This document shows, in pieces, positions 29,958-37,970 of a stretch of DNA of 64,000 nt (position 1 is its first letter; each line of letters opens with the position of its first letter). The stretch lies in the NCBI GenBank assembly GCA_963702005.1, contig OY969696.1, positions 1,856,001-1,920,000 on the forward strand, written 5' to 3'. Below the pieces are notes generated by a model, which did no database searches, had not been told where the DNA came from, and saw nothing but the letters and a program-made list of their open reading frames with translations. The position numbers and the translations under genes were made by a program. The stretch comes from Candidatus Aminicenantes bacterium. GTDB lineage: Bacteria; Acidobacteriota; Aminicenantia; Aminicenantales; JAFGBC01.

Positions 29958-30794
29958 ATGCCGTTATCATCGCCGCTCAAGTTCGCGCCTCTCGTCCTGG
30001 CCGTTCTTGTTTCCGTCGTTTCCTTGAGGGTCAACGGGAGCCAGCCCGCAAAGACCGGGGGCGTCTTGCCCGAGCGGACGCTTCGATTCACGGTTCTTTA
30101 TGATAATTACCTCTACCGGGAAGGGACCAAGGCGGATTGGGGTTTCTCCTGCCTCATTGAGGGAACGGAAAAAACGATTTTATTTGACACCGGAACCGAT
30201 CCCCGCATCCTGATGCACAACGTCGGCGTCCTCGAGGTCGACTTGAAAAAGGTGAACCTGATCGTTCTTAGCCACATCCACGGCGACCACACCGGAGGAT
30301 TAGCCGCCGTCTTGGAACAGAATCCGAACGTCACCGTCTTTTTCCCCCTCTCCTTTCCGGAGGAATTCGGCTGGCGCGTGAACAACCTGAAGGCCAAAGC
30401 CCAAACCGTCGACAAACCCGTGGAGATATGCAAAAATGTTCATCTCAGCGGCGAGATGGGCGATAAGATCAAGGAGCAGTCCCTGATCGTCGACTCGCCC
30501 AAGGGGCTCATCATCGTCACCGGCTGCTCTCACCAGGGTATCGTGAAAATCCTCAAACGAGCCAAGGAAATTCTGGATAAATCGATTTACCTCGTCTTTG
30601 GCGGGTTTCATCTCCGGAATAAGCCGGACGCCGAAATCCAGGAGATCATCGCCGCGTTCAAGGAACTGAAAGTCGAAAAATGCGGGGCCACCCACTGCAC
30701 CGGTGACGGGCCCATCGCGATGTTCAAGAAGACGTTCGGCGAGAACTATGTGCCCATGGGGACGGGGAGGATCATCGAGACCCCCGGCTTCTAG
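29958..30794 (+). CDS. Metallo-beta-lactamase-fold hydrolase with predicted signal peptide
   Basis: VLYDN, WGFSCLIE, LFDTG, SHIHGDHTGG, TGCSHQG, GGFH and HCTG. AAGGAG RBS before ATG 29958. Confidence 0.87.
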   Translation: MPLSSPLKFAPLVLAVLVSVVSLRVNGSQPAKTGGVLPERTLRFTVLYDNYLYREGTKADWGFSCLIEGTEKTILFDTGTDPRILMHNVGVLEVDLKKVNLIVLSHIHGDHTGGLAAVLEQNPNVTVFFPLSFPEEFGWRVNNLKAKAQTVDKPVEICKNVHLSGEMGDKIKEQSLIVDSPKGLIIVTGCSHQGIVKILKRAKEILDKSIYLVFGGFHLRNKPDAEIQEIIAAFKELKVEKCGATHCTGDGPIAMFKKTFGENYVPMGTGRIIETPGF

Positions 30795-30845
30795 GCTCAT
30801 GGGCTCAAGGGCCCAGTCCGTCCGAAACATGGAGCGTTCCCGAAA

Positions 30846-31511
30846 ATGAAAAGAGAAATTGTCGATCATTTTGAAAAGACCTGGAAGGATTACGATGAGT
30901 GGTTTGATGGGCATCGGGCGCTCTACCAGTCGGAACTGGCGGCTTTGAAGATGGCTGTCCCCCCAGGGGTCGGCCTGGAGATCGGAGTGGGGACGGGCCG
31001 ATTCGCAGCGCCGCTTGGGGCTCGCTTCGGCCTGGATCCGGCCATCGCGATGCTTAGGCAGGCAAAAAAGCGAGGAGTCCTGGTCGTCCAGGGCTTCGGA
31101 GAGAGCCTGCCCTTCAAAGATGAATCGTTCGACTTCATTCAAATTGTATTTGTGATCGAGTTTGTCGATAACGTCCTCCTTTTTATAAGGGAGGCGGTCA
31201 GGACAATTAAGCTGGGCGGGGCGCTGATCCTGGGCTTTATTGACAAGGACAGCGAGTGGGGACGGTATTATGCCCGAGACCCATCCCACGCAGAGTATTT
31301 CCACCCCCCTTCAGTGGAAGACATACTCAGAATTTTCGAAAAGACCGGCCTGGAATTTCAGGGGGCTCACCAGAGTCTGTTTCAGCTTCCGCCCGATATC
31401 AGGAACAAAGAGGAGCCAAAAAGCGGTTTTGGAGAGGGAGGCTTTATTGTCCTGAAAGCAAGGAAAAGAATTTTTGAGCCGGATTTAAGCCAGCAACACA
31501 AAGCGGATTAA
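30846..31511 (+). CDS. Class I SAM-dependent methyltransferase
   Basis: YDEWF, LEIGVGTGRF and GESLPFKDESFD. Confidence 0.88.
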   Translation: MKREIVDHFEKTWKDYDEWFDGHRALYQSELAALKMAVPPGVGLEIGVGTGRFAAPLGARFGLDPAIAMLRQAKKRGVLVVQGFGESLPFKDESFDFIQIVFVIEFVDNVLLFIREAVRTIKLGGALILGFIDKDSEWGRYYARDPSHAEYFHPPSVEDILRIFEKTGLEFQGAHQSLFQLPPDIRNKEEPKSGFGEGGFIVLKARKRIFEPDLSQQHKAD

Positions 31512-31590
31512 TGGTATCCTATGAGCCAAAAGAACCGGAGATTCGATCAGCACAAACCTTCCGGCTCTTCAATGCTATGGGACAGCTGAA

Positions 31591-31977
31591 ATGAGGACGG
31601 AGGATCGTGGCCTTTATATTCTGGTGATAAGATTGAAGAAAGCTCTAAGAATAAAAGTCGCAAAACTGACTCCATCCGTTTTTAAGGCGGGATTCTATCT
31701 TTACGTCGGCAGAGCCAAACGAGGGCTTCAGGCTAGGCTCGATCGCCACAGGAGGGAAAGAAAAAAGCTCTTCTGGCATATCGATTACCTTCTCCAAAAA
31801 ACCACAATAGCCGAAGTATGGATAAAACATGATTCTTTTGACGAATGCCAGACGGTCGGGAAAATCAGGGAGCAGTTAGCGGATTCCGTCTTTCCACAAA
31901 AATATTTCGGCGCTTCGGACTGCCGTTGCCCCGGCCATCTTCTCTACCTGCCCGAGGGGGTGATCTTGAAGACTTGA
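31591..31977 (+). CDS. DUF123 / GIY-YIG (Uri) superfamily nuclease, possibly C-terminally frameshifted
   Basis: GLYILVI, GFYLYVGRA, RLDRH, WHIDYL and FGASDCRCPGHL. Confidence 0.82.
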   Translation: MRTEDRGLYILVIRLKKALRIKVAKLTPSVFKAGFYLYVGRAKRGLQARLDRHRRERKKLFWHIDYLLQKTTIAEVWIKHDSFDECQTVGKIREQLADSVFPQKYFGASDCRCPGHLLYLPEGVILKT

Positions 31978-32010
31978 GGAAACAGCTTGGCTTTGAGAGG
32001 ACAGAGCGTC

Positions 32011-32303
32011 ATGGACGTTAAATTGAAATCCATCGGCATCGTCCATTTCAGGCGAAGCCGTTTCACGATTCTGAAACCCGAGGAGTTTTTTCTACGCGAA
32101 GTCCCCACCGTCCCAATCATCTGGGCTTGACCGTGGTCGGAGTCCTTGAGCGGGACGGCCGTACCGTGAAGGTCCCGGGAATCGATATGCTTGACCGGAC
32201 TCCCATTCTGGACATCAAGCCCTATGCCTCCAGAGACTTGAAATCGCCCATCCGGCTTGGCTGGCTGGAAAATAAGATGAATTTTTCATTAAGGCAGGCC
32301 TAA
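32011..32303 (+). pseudogene. tsaA: TsaA/TrmO (tRNA m6t6A37 methyltransferase-like) pseudogene with internal deletion and frameshift
   Basis: One frame gives MDVKLKSIGIVH. Another frame gives QAKPFHDSETRGVFSTRSPHRPNHLGLTVV...GIDMLDRTPILDIKPY...IRLGWL. The middle of the family sequence is missing. Confidence 0.85.
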
Positions 32304-32341
32304 TAAAAATATCTTGGAAGCCAATCCGACAAGGAGGTAAC

Positions 32342-32626
32342 ATGTTATCTCAACTGCCTCTTGACCTGGCGAAGGTCAGAAAAGAGGACCGGGACCGCGA
32401 AATCCTGCGGGCGGGAATGATCGCCGAGCTGGATGCAATCAACTTCTATGAGCAGATGGCCGCCCTGACGGAGAAGGACGTTATCCGCAAGGTCCTCCTG
32501 GATATCGCCAAAGAAGAAAAGACGCACATGGGCGAATTCCAGGCCCTTTTATTGTTGGAGGACGAGGAGCAAAAGGAAGAATTGAAAAAGGGCGAGGAAG
32601 AGGTCGAGGAGTTCCTGAAGAAATAG
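32342..32626 (+). CDS. Small ferritin-like / rubrerythrin-family di-iron protein
   Basis: AELDAINFYEQ and DIAKEEKTHMGEF (EExxH). AAGGAGG RBS. Confidence 0.88.
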   Translation: MLSQLPLDLAKVRKEDRDREILRAGMIAELDAINFYEQMAALTEKDVIRKVLLDIAKEEKTHMGEFQALLLLEDEEQKEELKKGEEEVEEFLKK

Positions 32627-32652
32627 AAGCCGGATCGCGGTTTCTGCCTGAG

Positions 32653-32724
32653 CTCCAACGGCCGATTTCCCTCATAGTAGAGGGCGTAGCGGAGATTGAG
32701 GTCGGCCTGACCGGAGTCGGCCTC
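32653..32724 (-). pseudogene. Short relic of a DUF5916-family gene
   Basis: Minus strand reads EADSGQADLNLRYALYYEGNRP-LE, versus ESDAGQVDFNQRYALYYEEKRPFFLE in the gene at 41748-43952. Hand alignment of 32657-32724 to 42982-43049 gives 56/68 identical nt. Confidence 0.75.
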
Positions 32725-32754
32725 AAGCTCATGAAGCGCCGGCTCGTCAAATAG
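32718..32754. repeat. Right copy of the 37-bp direct repeat (orphan 3' end of the ABC permease)
   Basis: cggcctcaagctcatgaagcgccggctcgtcaaatag. It encodes the same GLKLMKRRLVK* as 20734-20770, and all 3 differences are synonymous. Confidence 0.9.
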
Positions 32755-32810
32755 GAATTCCAGGGACACGATACCAAATCCGGAGATTTGGTTCATGTCC
32801 CTGGAATTCC
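32754..32810. repeat. Long palindrome (REP-like or terminator hairpin)
   Basis: Perfect 15-bp arms GGAATTCCAGGGACA / TGTCCCTGGAATTCC enclosing the inner stem ACCAAATC-cgga-GATTTGGT. Confidence 0.75.
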
Positions 32811-32908
32811 TTGGCAAACGGACGTCCGCGGCATATAATTCCAACCGTCATGCGCCGAGACGTCGAGCGCGCGCTTCATGTTATCCGAACCCATCGAAAG
32901 GAATCCTC

Positions 32909-35900
32909 ATGTCCAAGGCCATCCGTTTATTTGTTCTGATCGCGGGAATCGGACTTACCGCCGCGGCCGTGCTGGCCCAAGCCGACGGCCCCGTCGAATT
33001 CGGACGGCGGGCGGTCCATGAGGCTCTGGCCGCGCGAGGACTGAAGGCGGCCGTTACGATCAAGGTCGCCGGGAGCGGAGAGCCCGAAAGCTACGCAATC
33101 ACTTTTAAAGGCAGGTCGGCCGAGATTCTGGCCCCTGACGCCAACGGAGCCCTTTACGGCGCTCTCGAACTCGCCGAGCGGATCAGCCGCCGCGGCGCCG
33201 AAGCCCTTCGCGGCGCGCCCCTAACCGGACGCCCTTTTCTCCGCGACAGGGGCTGGAACCTCTTCCTGACGCTCCCCTGGAATTACGCCGCCAACGACAC
33301 GGACTACGACCCTCAAGCCCTCGTCGATCCCGCCCGCTGGTGGTTCGCCAACGACGGCTACTGGCGGAGCCTGTTCGACCAGATGGCCCGGGCCCGGCTG
33401 AACTGGCTCGACATTCACGGCGCTTGGGACATCAGCGTCACGGACGCGCCCAACCTCTATGCCTACTTTATCCAGAGCGAGCGCTTCCCGAAGGTCGGTG
33501 TCTCTCCCGAAATCAAAGCCGCCAACCTCCGTCAGCTCAACAAGGTCATCGCCATGGCTCACGACCGGGGCGTCCGGGTGAGCCTCATGGCCTATGAAGT
33601 GCGCTTCCACACCCCCCACGCTCCGAGCCCCTACCCGGAGAACGAAAAGGACCTCTACGATTACACCCGCGAAATGGTCGAGAAGATGATCCGCCAAGCG
33701 CCCGGCCTCGACGCCATCGGCTTCCGGATCGGAGAGAGCGGGCACGGCGAGGCTTTCTTCAATTCCTATATCGAGGCGGTCAAGGCGTCGGGCCGCGACA
33801 TCCCGCTCGTCACCCGGAGCTGGCTCGCCCGCAAGTCGCGCGTCGTGCCGCTGGCCAAGGCGGCCAAGGATTTCACGGTCGAGATCAAGTACAACGGCGA
33901 GCAGTGGGGCTCTCCCTATATGCTGATGGGCGGCCGGATGGCCGGCTGGTACAGCTACTCGTTCGAGGATTATCTGAGCGACTCTTCGACGCCCGACGCG
34001 GCCCGCCTCTGGCCCGGAAACCCGGCTCCCGGCGGCGGGACCTGGCCGGCCGAGCCCTACAAGGTCGTCTGGCAGGTGCGGGCCAACGGGACGCACCGCG
34101 TCTTCTCCATCTATAATCCGGACGGCGTGCGCCGCGCCGTGAAATCCATGCCGCTGGGCACGGCCAGCGGGTTCGTCGTCGAGGGCCTCGACGCCTATTA
34201 CCCGAAGTCTCCGCAATACTATCTGGCCGATCCCGGCGACGCATGCTGCAAGTGGCTCCACGACCGGGATTGGATGTTCTTGAACGCTTGGGGCCGGCTG
34301 GGCTATGACCCGGACACGCCCAATGAAACATTCGAGGCCATGGTCGCCGACAAGCTCGGCGCGGCGGCCGCGGCGCCGCTCGTCGCGGCCTGGAGCGCGG
34401 CGAGCCGGATCATCCATGCGGCTTTCTCCGCGTTCTCCCTCGGCCCCGACCATCGTAACCACGCCATTGAGCTCGAGTGGGGAGGCGATACGGCCGGCTA
34501 CATCCTCGGCGAACCCTTCGACTCGCACGTCTTCAAATCGGTTCGCGAGGCCCTGGCCGATGCCGCGACGGGAGGGCTGGACGGCCGGATCGCGCCCCCC
34601 GAAGCCGCCGCCCGCCTCATCGCAGACGCCGACGCCGCGGCCAAGGCGGCCGAGATTCCCCTTTCATCCGCTCCTCCGGGCGAACAAAAACGGCTCAAGG
34701 AGCTCATCACGGTTTGCGGGCAGGTCTCGCACCTTGGCCGCTATTACGCCGAACGTTTCATGTCGGCTTACCGATCGGCTCAGGCCGAAGCCGGGACCCT
34801 GGGCGCGGCCGGCCAAGCGACCGCCCATATGCAGGAGGCGGCGAAAGAATGGGGCTTGCTCGCGGCTAGCCCTTTTTATAAGCCTTTCACCGAGCGGCTC
34901 CGGATGCATACCAACGCTTTCCATTGGTCCCAGGAGCTTACCAAGATTCAGGTCGAAGCCGATCGGTTGGCCAAGCTTGCTTCCCCCGCCGCCGATCCCA
35001 TCGCGCCGTTCCCCATCCCTCCAGCTCTCCCGAAGCTTTCGCTCGAGATCGAGGCCGATGCGGTCAACGTCGTCCTTCCCGCGGCCGGCGTCTCGCGCGC
35101 CTGGGCCCTGGTCAAGCCCCTCCCCAGCAGCGCCTTCTTCCATAAGGTTCCCATGACGCTGGAGGGCGACCGCTTCGTATACGGCTTCCCGCGCGAAGCC
35201 TGGGGCCACGCCGTGGCGGCCGAGGTCGAGCGCGACGGCCGCGTTTTGAGGATCCCCGGCTGGGACGCGGACGCGCACGCGGACGCGCCCTATCTCATCG
35301 TCCCTTCGAAGCCGGGTCCGACGCCGCTCATCTATTCGAGCGAGGAGGCGTTGAATTATCTCGATCCCGCCGTCCTGACGCCCTCCGAACACGGCCTGCT
35401 CCTCATTTCGTCAAGGGCTTCAAACTTCCATCGCTACTTCAACATCCCGGCCATGCGCAAGATTCTTGACCCGGTCCGAAGAGGCATGACGCTCGTCGTC
35501 CTCGCCCAGGATTATGTGTCGGGCCGCTATTCCCTCGATTGGCTGCCCAAGCCGCTCCGCGTCGAGGCCAATCGGCTTGACGCCTTGGATCAAGCCGGGG
35601 CGCTGGGAATGGCCATGGTCCAAAACGCAGACGTTCTTCGCCAGATTTTTTTGCCCAGCCCCGGCTGGGAGGTGATGAACGGCGGCGGCGTGGCCGTCCT
35701 TTCCTGGGGAAAGGGACGGATCGTCATGCACAATTCGCGGCTTCTCGAGCTCCTGCACATGCCTTCTTGCGCGATATTTTTGGCCCAAATCCTCGCCTCC
35801 GGGGATAAAGGCAAGCCAGTGATCGTCGTCGATGCCGGAACCGAGGGCGGCCTGTACACATCCTCGGCTGTGGTCGATTTCATGAATGCCCGTGACATTC

Positions 35901-37921
35901 CGTTTCTGACACTGGGCGAGGTCATCGCACGGACTCAGGGCATGAAGGCAACGCGGTCCATCGCGGGAACACTCGATGACGATGACCTCCTGTCTTCGCT
36001 CAACATCCGCGGCGCTCAGATGGCGAACGACTTCCTGGAGCGGAAGGTCAAGGCGGCGGCCGCCCTGCCAATCCCGGCCGCGCGCCAAGCGTTCGAGAGT
36101 CGCCGCGAGTCCCAACGCCGGGAACTCTCCCGCTGCCTGGGCCTCGATCCGCTGCCTCCCCGAACGCCGCTCAACGCCCGCACGACCGGAGTCATCAAGC
36201 GCACGGGCTACAGGATCGAAAAAATCGTCTTCGAAAGCCGTCCGAATTTTCCCGTGACCGCCCATCTTTATGTCCCGGACGGGCCGGCGGGCAGCAGGTG
36301 GCCCGTCATCGTCAACCCGCATGGCCATTGGGAATGGAAAAAACAGGAGCCGACCGTCCAGGCGCGCCTGATCGGCCAGGTCCTCCACGGCTATCTCGCC
36401 CTGGTCGTCGATTCCCCCGGGTTCAGCTTCGAGGGCGACAACCGGGTCGAGCGGCGTTGGGCCGGGACGCACGACGATCTGCGCCTTATCCTCGGCTCGC
36501 AGAACGCGACGAGCGTCTATGTCTGGGACCTCATGAGGGCGATGGATTACCTGGCGACGCGGCCCGAAGCCGACATGGCCCGGGTCGGGCTGACCGGCGC
36601 GTCGGGAGGCGGGCTGGCCACGATGTGGGCTTTCGCCGCCGATGCTCGCTTCACATGCGCCGCCTCCGTCGTTTATGCCAGCAGCTATGAAATCAACCCC
36701 CGGAACGGCTGTCTCTGCAACCACGTCCCCGGCTCGCTCCGGATCGGAGACCGGGCCGATGTCCTCGCCATACGGGCGCCCGCCCCGGTCCTGATCATCG
36801 GGGCGGAGGAGGACGGCGAGTTTCCGGCCGCGGGCATGCGATTGTCCGGCGACAAGCTCCGCGGTCTCTGGGGGCTTTTCGGAAAACAGGAGGATGCCTG
36901 GCTGCGGATGTTCCCGGGCGGCCACGACTACAGCCGGCCGATGCGCGAGACCGCGCTCGGATTCTTCGACAAGTACCTGAAAGGCGCTGGCGACGGATCG
37001 CCCGTCCCCGAGCCCGCTTTCGAGACCGAGCCGCCCTATGCCGAAGAGCTCTATGTCCTGCCCGATCCGCCCCGGCAGACGCTGACCCGTTCGCCGACGT
37101 CAAGCCCCGCCTCTAAAGGCGGGGATGAGAAGCGAGGCTCAGGGTTAATCATGAACAAGCCCCGGTCTTCAGACCGGGGAGTCGATGATTTGACCATGCG
37201 CGATATCGCCAAGGCCATGTTCGATAAGAAGGGGAAAGGTCCCGCGGGCGCGGTCGAGGCGTTTATCGAGCTCAACGGCGGACTCCCCGCTGCCGTCCCG
37301 GCCGAAGTCCGGGAGCTGGGCGAATTCGAGGGGAGGCGTCGGGTGACCTTCGTTTCCGAGCCCGGATTGACGCTGCCCGCGGTCGTTTGGCCGGCGAAGG
37401 GGGAGGCCAAGGCCGTCGCCGTCCTCGTTTCCGAGAGGGGAAAGGCAACAGCGGCTGAAGATTTCGACGTTCCGCGGCTCCAGGAGGCGCGGATCACGTG
37501 CATCGCCCTCGATCCGCGCGGAATCGGCGAGACCAGGGGACTCGAGTTGCGCTACACGACCTACCTCGGCCAGGCTCCCGCCTTCGGCATGGGCTGGGAT
37601 ATCGCGCGAGCGGTCGCCGCGCTCGTGCCGGCCGGCCTTAGGGTGGCGGTTGTCGGCCGAGGTCCGGCCGCCGGGCAGGCCGCGCTCGCAGCCGCCCTGA
37701 TCGAGCCGCGGGTAGGGTTCGTCGCCGGTCTGACGACTCTCAAGGAATTTGCGGACGCCTTCCGCGACGATGTCTCGCTCCTCACGATTCAGCCTAGAGC
37801 GAACTACGCGCCTTCCTTGTCGCGTCTCCGCTCTTGTGCCCAAGCTAAGGCGGTGTGGAGCTTCCTCGACGAACCCGAGCCCAAATGGGCCGACGCCCTC
37901 GTCCGCTGGGCGGGACGATGA
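32909..37921 (+). CDS. Large secreted multidomain protein: glycoside-hydrolase-like N-terminal half fused to acetylxylan-esterase-like alpha/beta hydrolase domains
   Basis: Signal peptide from ATG 32909. ESYAI...DANGALYGALELAE...PFLRDRG resembles the GH20/67/115-type accessory domain. The C-terminal part has YRIEKIVFESRP, PHGH, GLTGASGGG, CLCN and GGHDY. Confidence 0.7.
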   Translation: MSKAIRLFVLIAGIGLTAAAVLAQADGPVEFGRRAVHEALAARGLKAAVTIKVAGSGEPESYAITFKGRSAEILAPDANGALYGALELAERISRRGAEALRGAPLTGRPFLRDRGWNLFLTLPWNYAANDTDYDPQALVDPARWWFANDGYWRSLFDQMARARLNWLDIHGAWDISVTDAPNLYAYFIQSERFPKVGVSPEIKAANLRQLNKVIAMAHDRGVRVSLMAYEVRFHTPHAPSPYPENEKDLYDYTREMVEKMIRQAPGLDAIGFRIGESGHGEAFFNSYIEAVKASGRDIPLVTRSWLARKSRVVPLAKAAKDFTVEIKYNGEQWGSPYMLMGGRMAGWYSYSFEDYLSDSSTPDAARLWPGNPAPGGGTWPAEPYKVVWQVRANGTHRVFSIYNPDGVRRAVKSMPLGTASGFVVEGLDAYYPKSPQYYLADPGDACCKWLHDRDWMFLNAWGRLGYDPDTPNETFEAMVADKLGAAAAAPLVAAWSAASRIIHAAFSAFSLGPDHRNHAIELEWGGDTAGYILGEPFDSHVFKSVREALADAATGGLDGRIAPPEAAARLIADADAAAKAAEIPLSSAPPGEQKRLKELITVCGQVSHLGRYYAERFMSAYRSAQAEAGTLGAAGQATAHMQEAAKEWGLLAASPFYKPFTERLRMHTNAFHWSQELTKIQVEADRLAKLASPAADPIAPFPIPPALPKLSLEIEADAVNVVLPAAGVSRAWALVKPLPSSAFFHKVPMTLEGDRFVYGFPREAWGHAVAAEVERDGRVLRIPGWDADAHADAPYLIVPSKPGPTPLIYSSEEALNYLDPAVLTPSEHGLLLISSRASNFHRYFNIPAMRKILDPVRRGMTLVVLAQDYVSGRYSLDWLPKPLRVEANRLDALDQAGALGMAMVQNADVLRQIFLPSPGWEVMNGGGVAVLSWGKGRIVMHNSRLLELLHMPSCAIFLAQILASGDKGKPVIVVDAGTEGGLYTSSAVVDFMNARDIPFLTLGEVIARTQGMKATRSIAGTLDDDDLLSSLNIRGAQMANDFLERKVKAAAALPIPAARQAFESRRESQRRELSRCLGLDPLPPRTPLNARTTGVIKRTGYRIEKIVFESRPNFPVTAHLYVPDGPAGSRWPVIVNPHGHWEWKKQEPTVQARLIGQVLHGYLALVVDSPGFSFEGDNRVERRWAGTHDDLRLILGSQNATSVYVWDLMRAMDYLATRPEADMARVGLTGASGGGLATMWAFAADARFTCAASVVYASSYEINPRNGCLCNHVPGSLRIGDRADVLAIRAPAPVLIIGAEEDGEFPAAGMRLSGDKLRGLWGLFGKQEDAWLRMFPGGHDYSRPMRETALGFFDKYLKGAGDGSPVPEPAFETEPPYAEELYVLPDPPRQTLTRSPTSSPASKGGDEKRGSGLIMNKPRSSDRGVDDLTMRDIAKAMFDKKGKGPAGAVEAFIELNGGLPAAVPAEVRELGEFEGRRRVTFVSEPGLTLPAVVWPAKGEAKAVAVLVSERGKATAAEDFDVPRLQEARITCIALDPRGIGETRGLELRYTTYLGQAPAFGMGWDIARAVAALVPAGLRVAVVGRGPAAGQAALAAALIEPRVGFVAGLTTLKEFADAFRDDVSLLTIQPRANYAPSLSRLRSCAQAKAVWSFLDEPEPKWADALVRWAGR
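37083..37195. mobile_element. 108-bp palindromic (REP/MITE-like) element inserted in frame in the CDS
   Basis: Flanked by TGACC direct repeats (37083-87 and 37191-95). Contains hairpins CCCCGCCT-ctaa-AGGCGGGG and CCCCGGTC-ttca-GACCGGGG. Shares two 13-nt blocks with the intergenic element at 41655-41745. Confidence 0.75.
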
Positions 37922-37970
37922 GCCGGAGGTCGCGGCCGGGCCCAAGCCGGCCAAACGTCCTTAAAGTGAC

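Noticed and set aside
32342-32626. Encapsulin system
   Set aside because: The protein resembles encapsulin-associated ferritin-like proteins, but there is no shell gene and no clear targeting peptide.
20771-32717. Calling the island a prophage, ICE or transposon
   Set aside because: It has no integrase, transposase, relaxase or phage genes. Only the flanking duplication is supported.
32446-32844. 132-aa minus-strand ORF
   Set aside because: It is a chance join of the palindrome, the permease repeat, the DUF5916 shard and antisense ferritin sequence.
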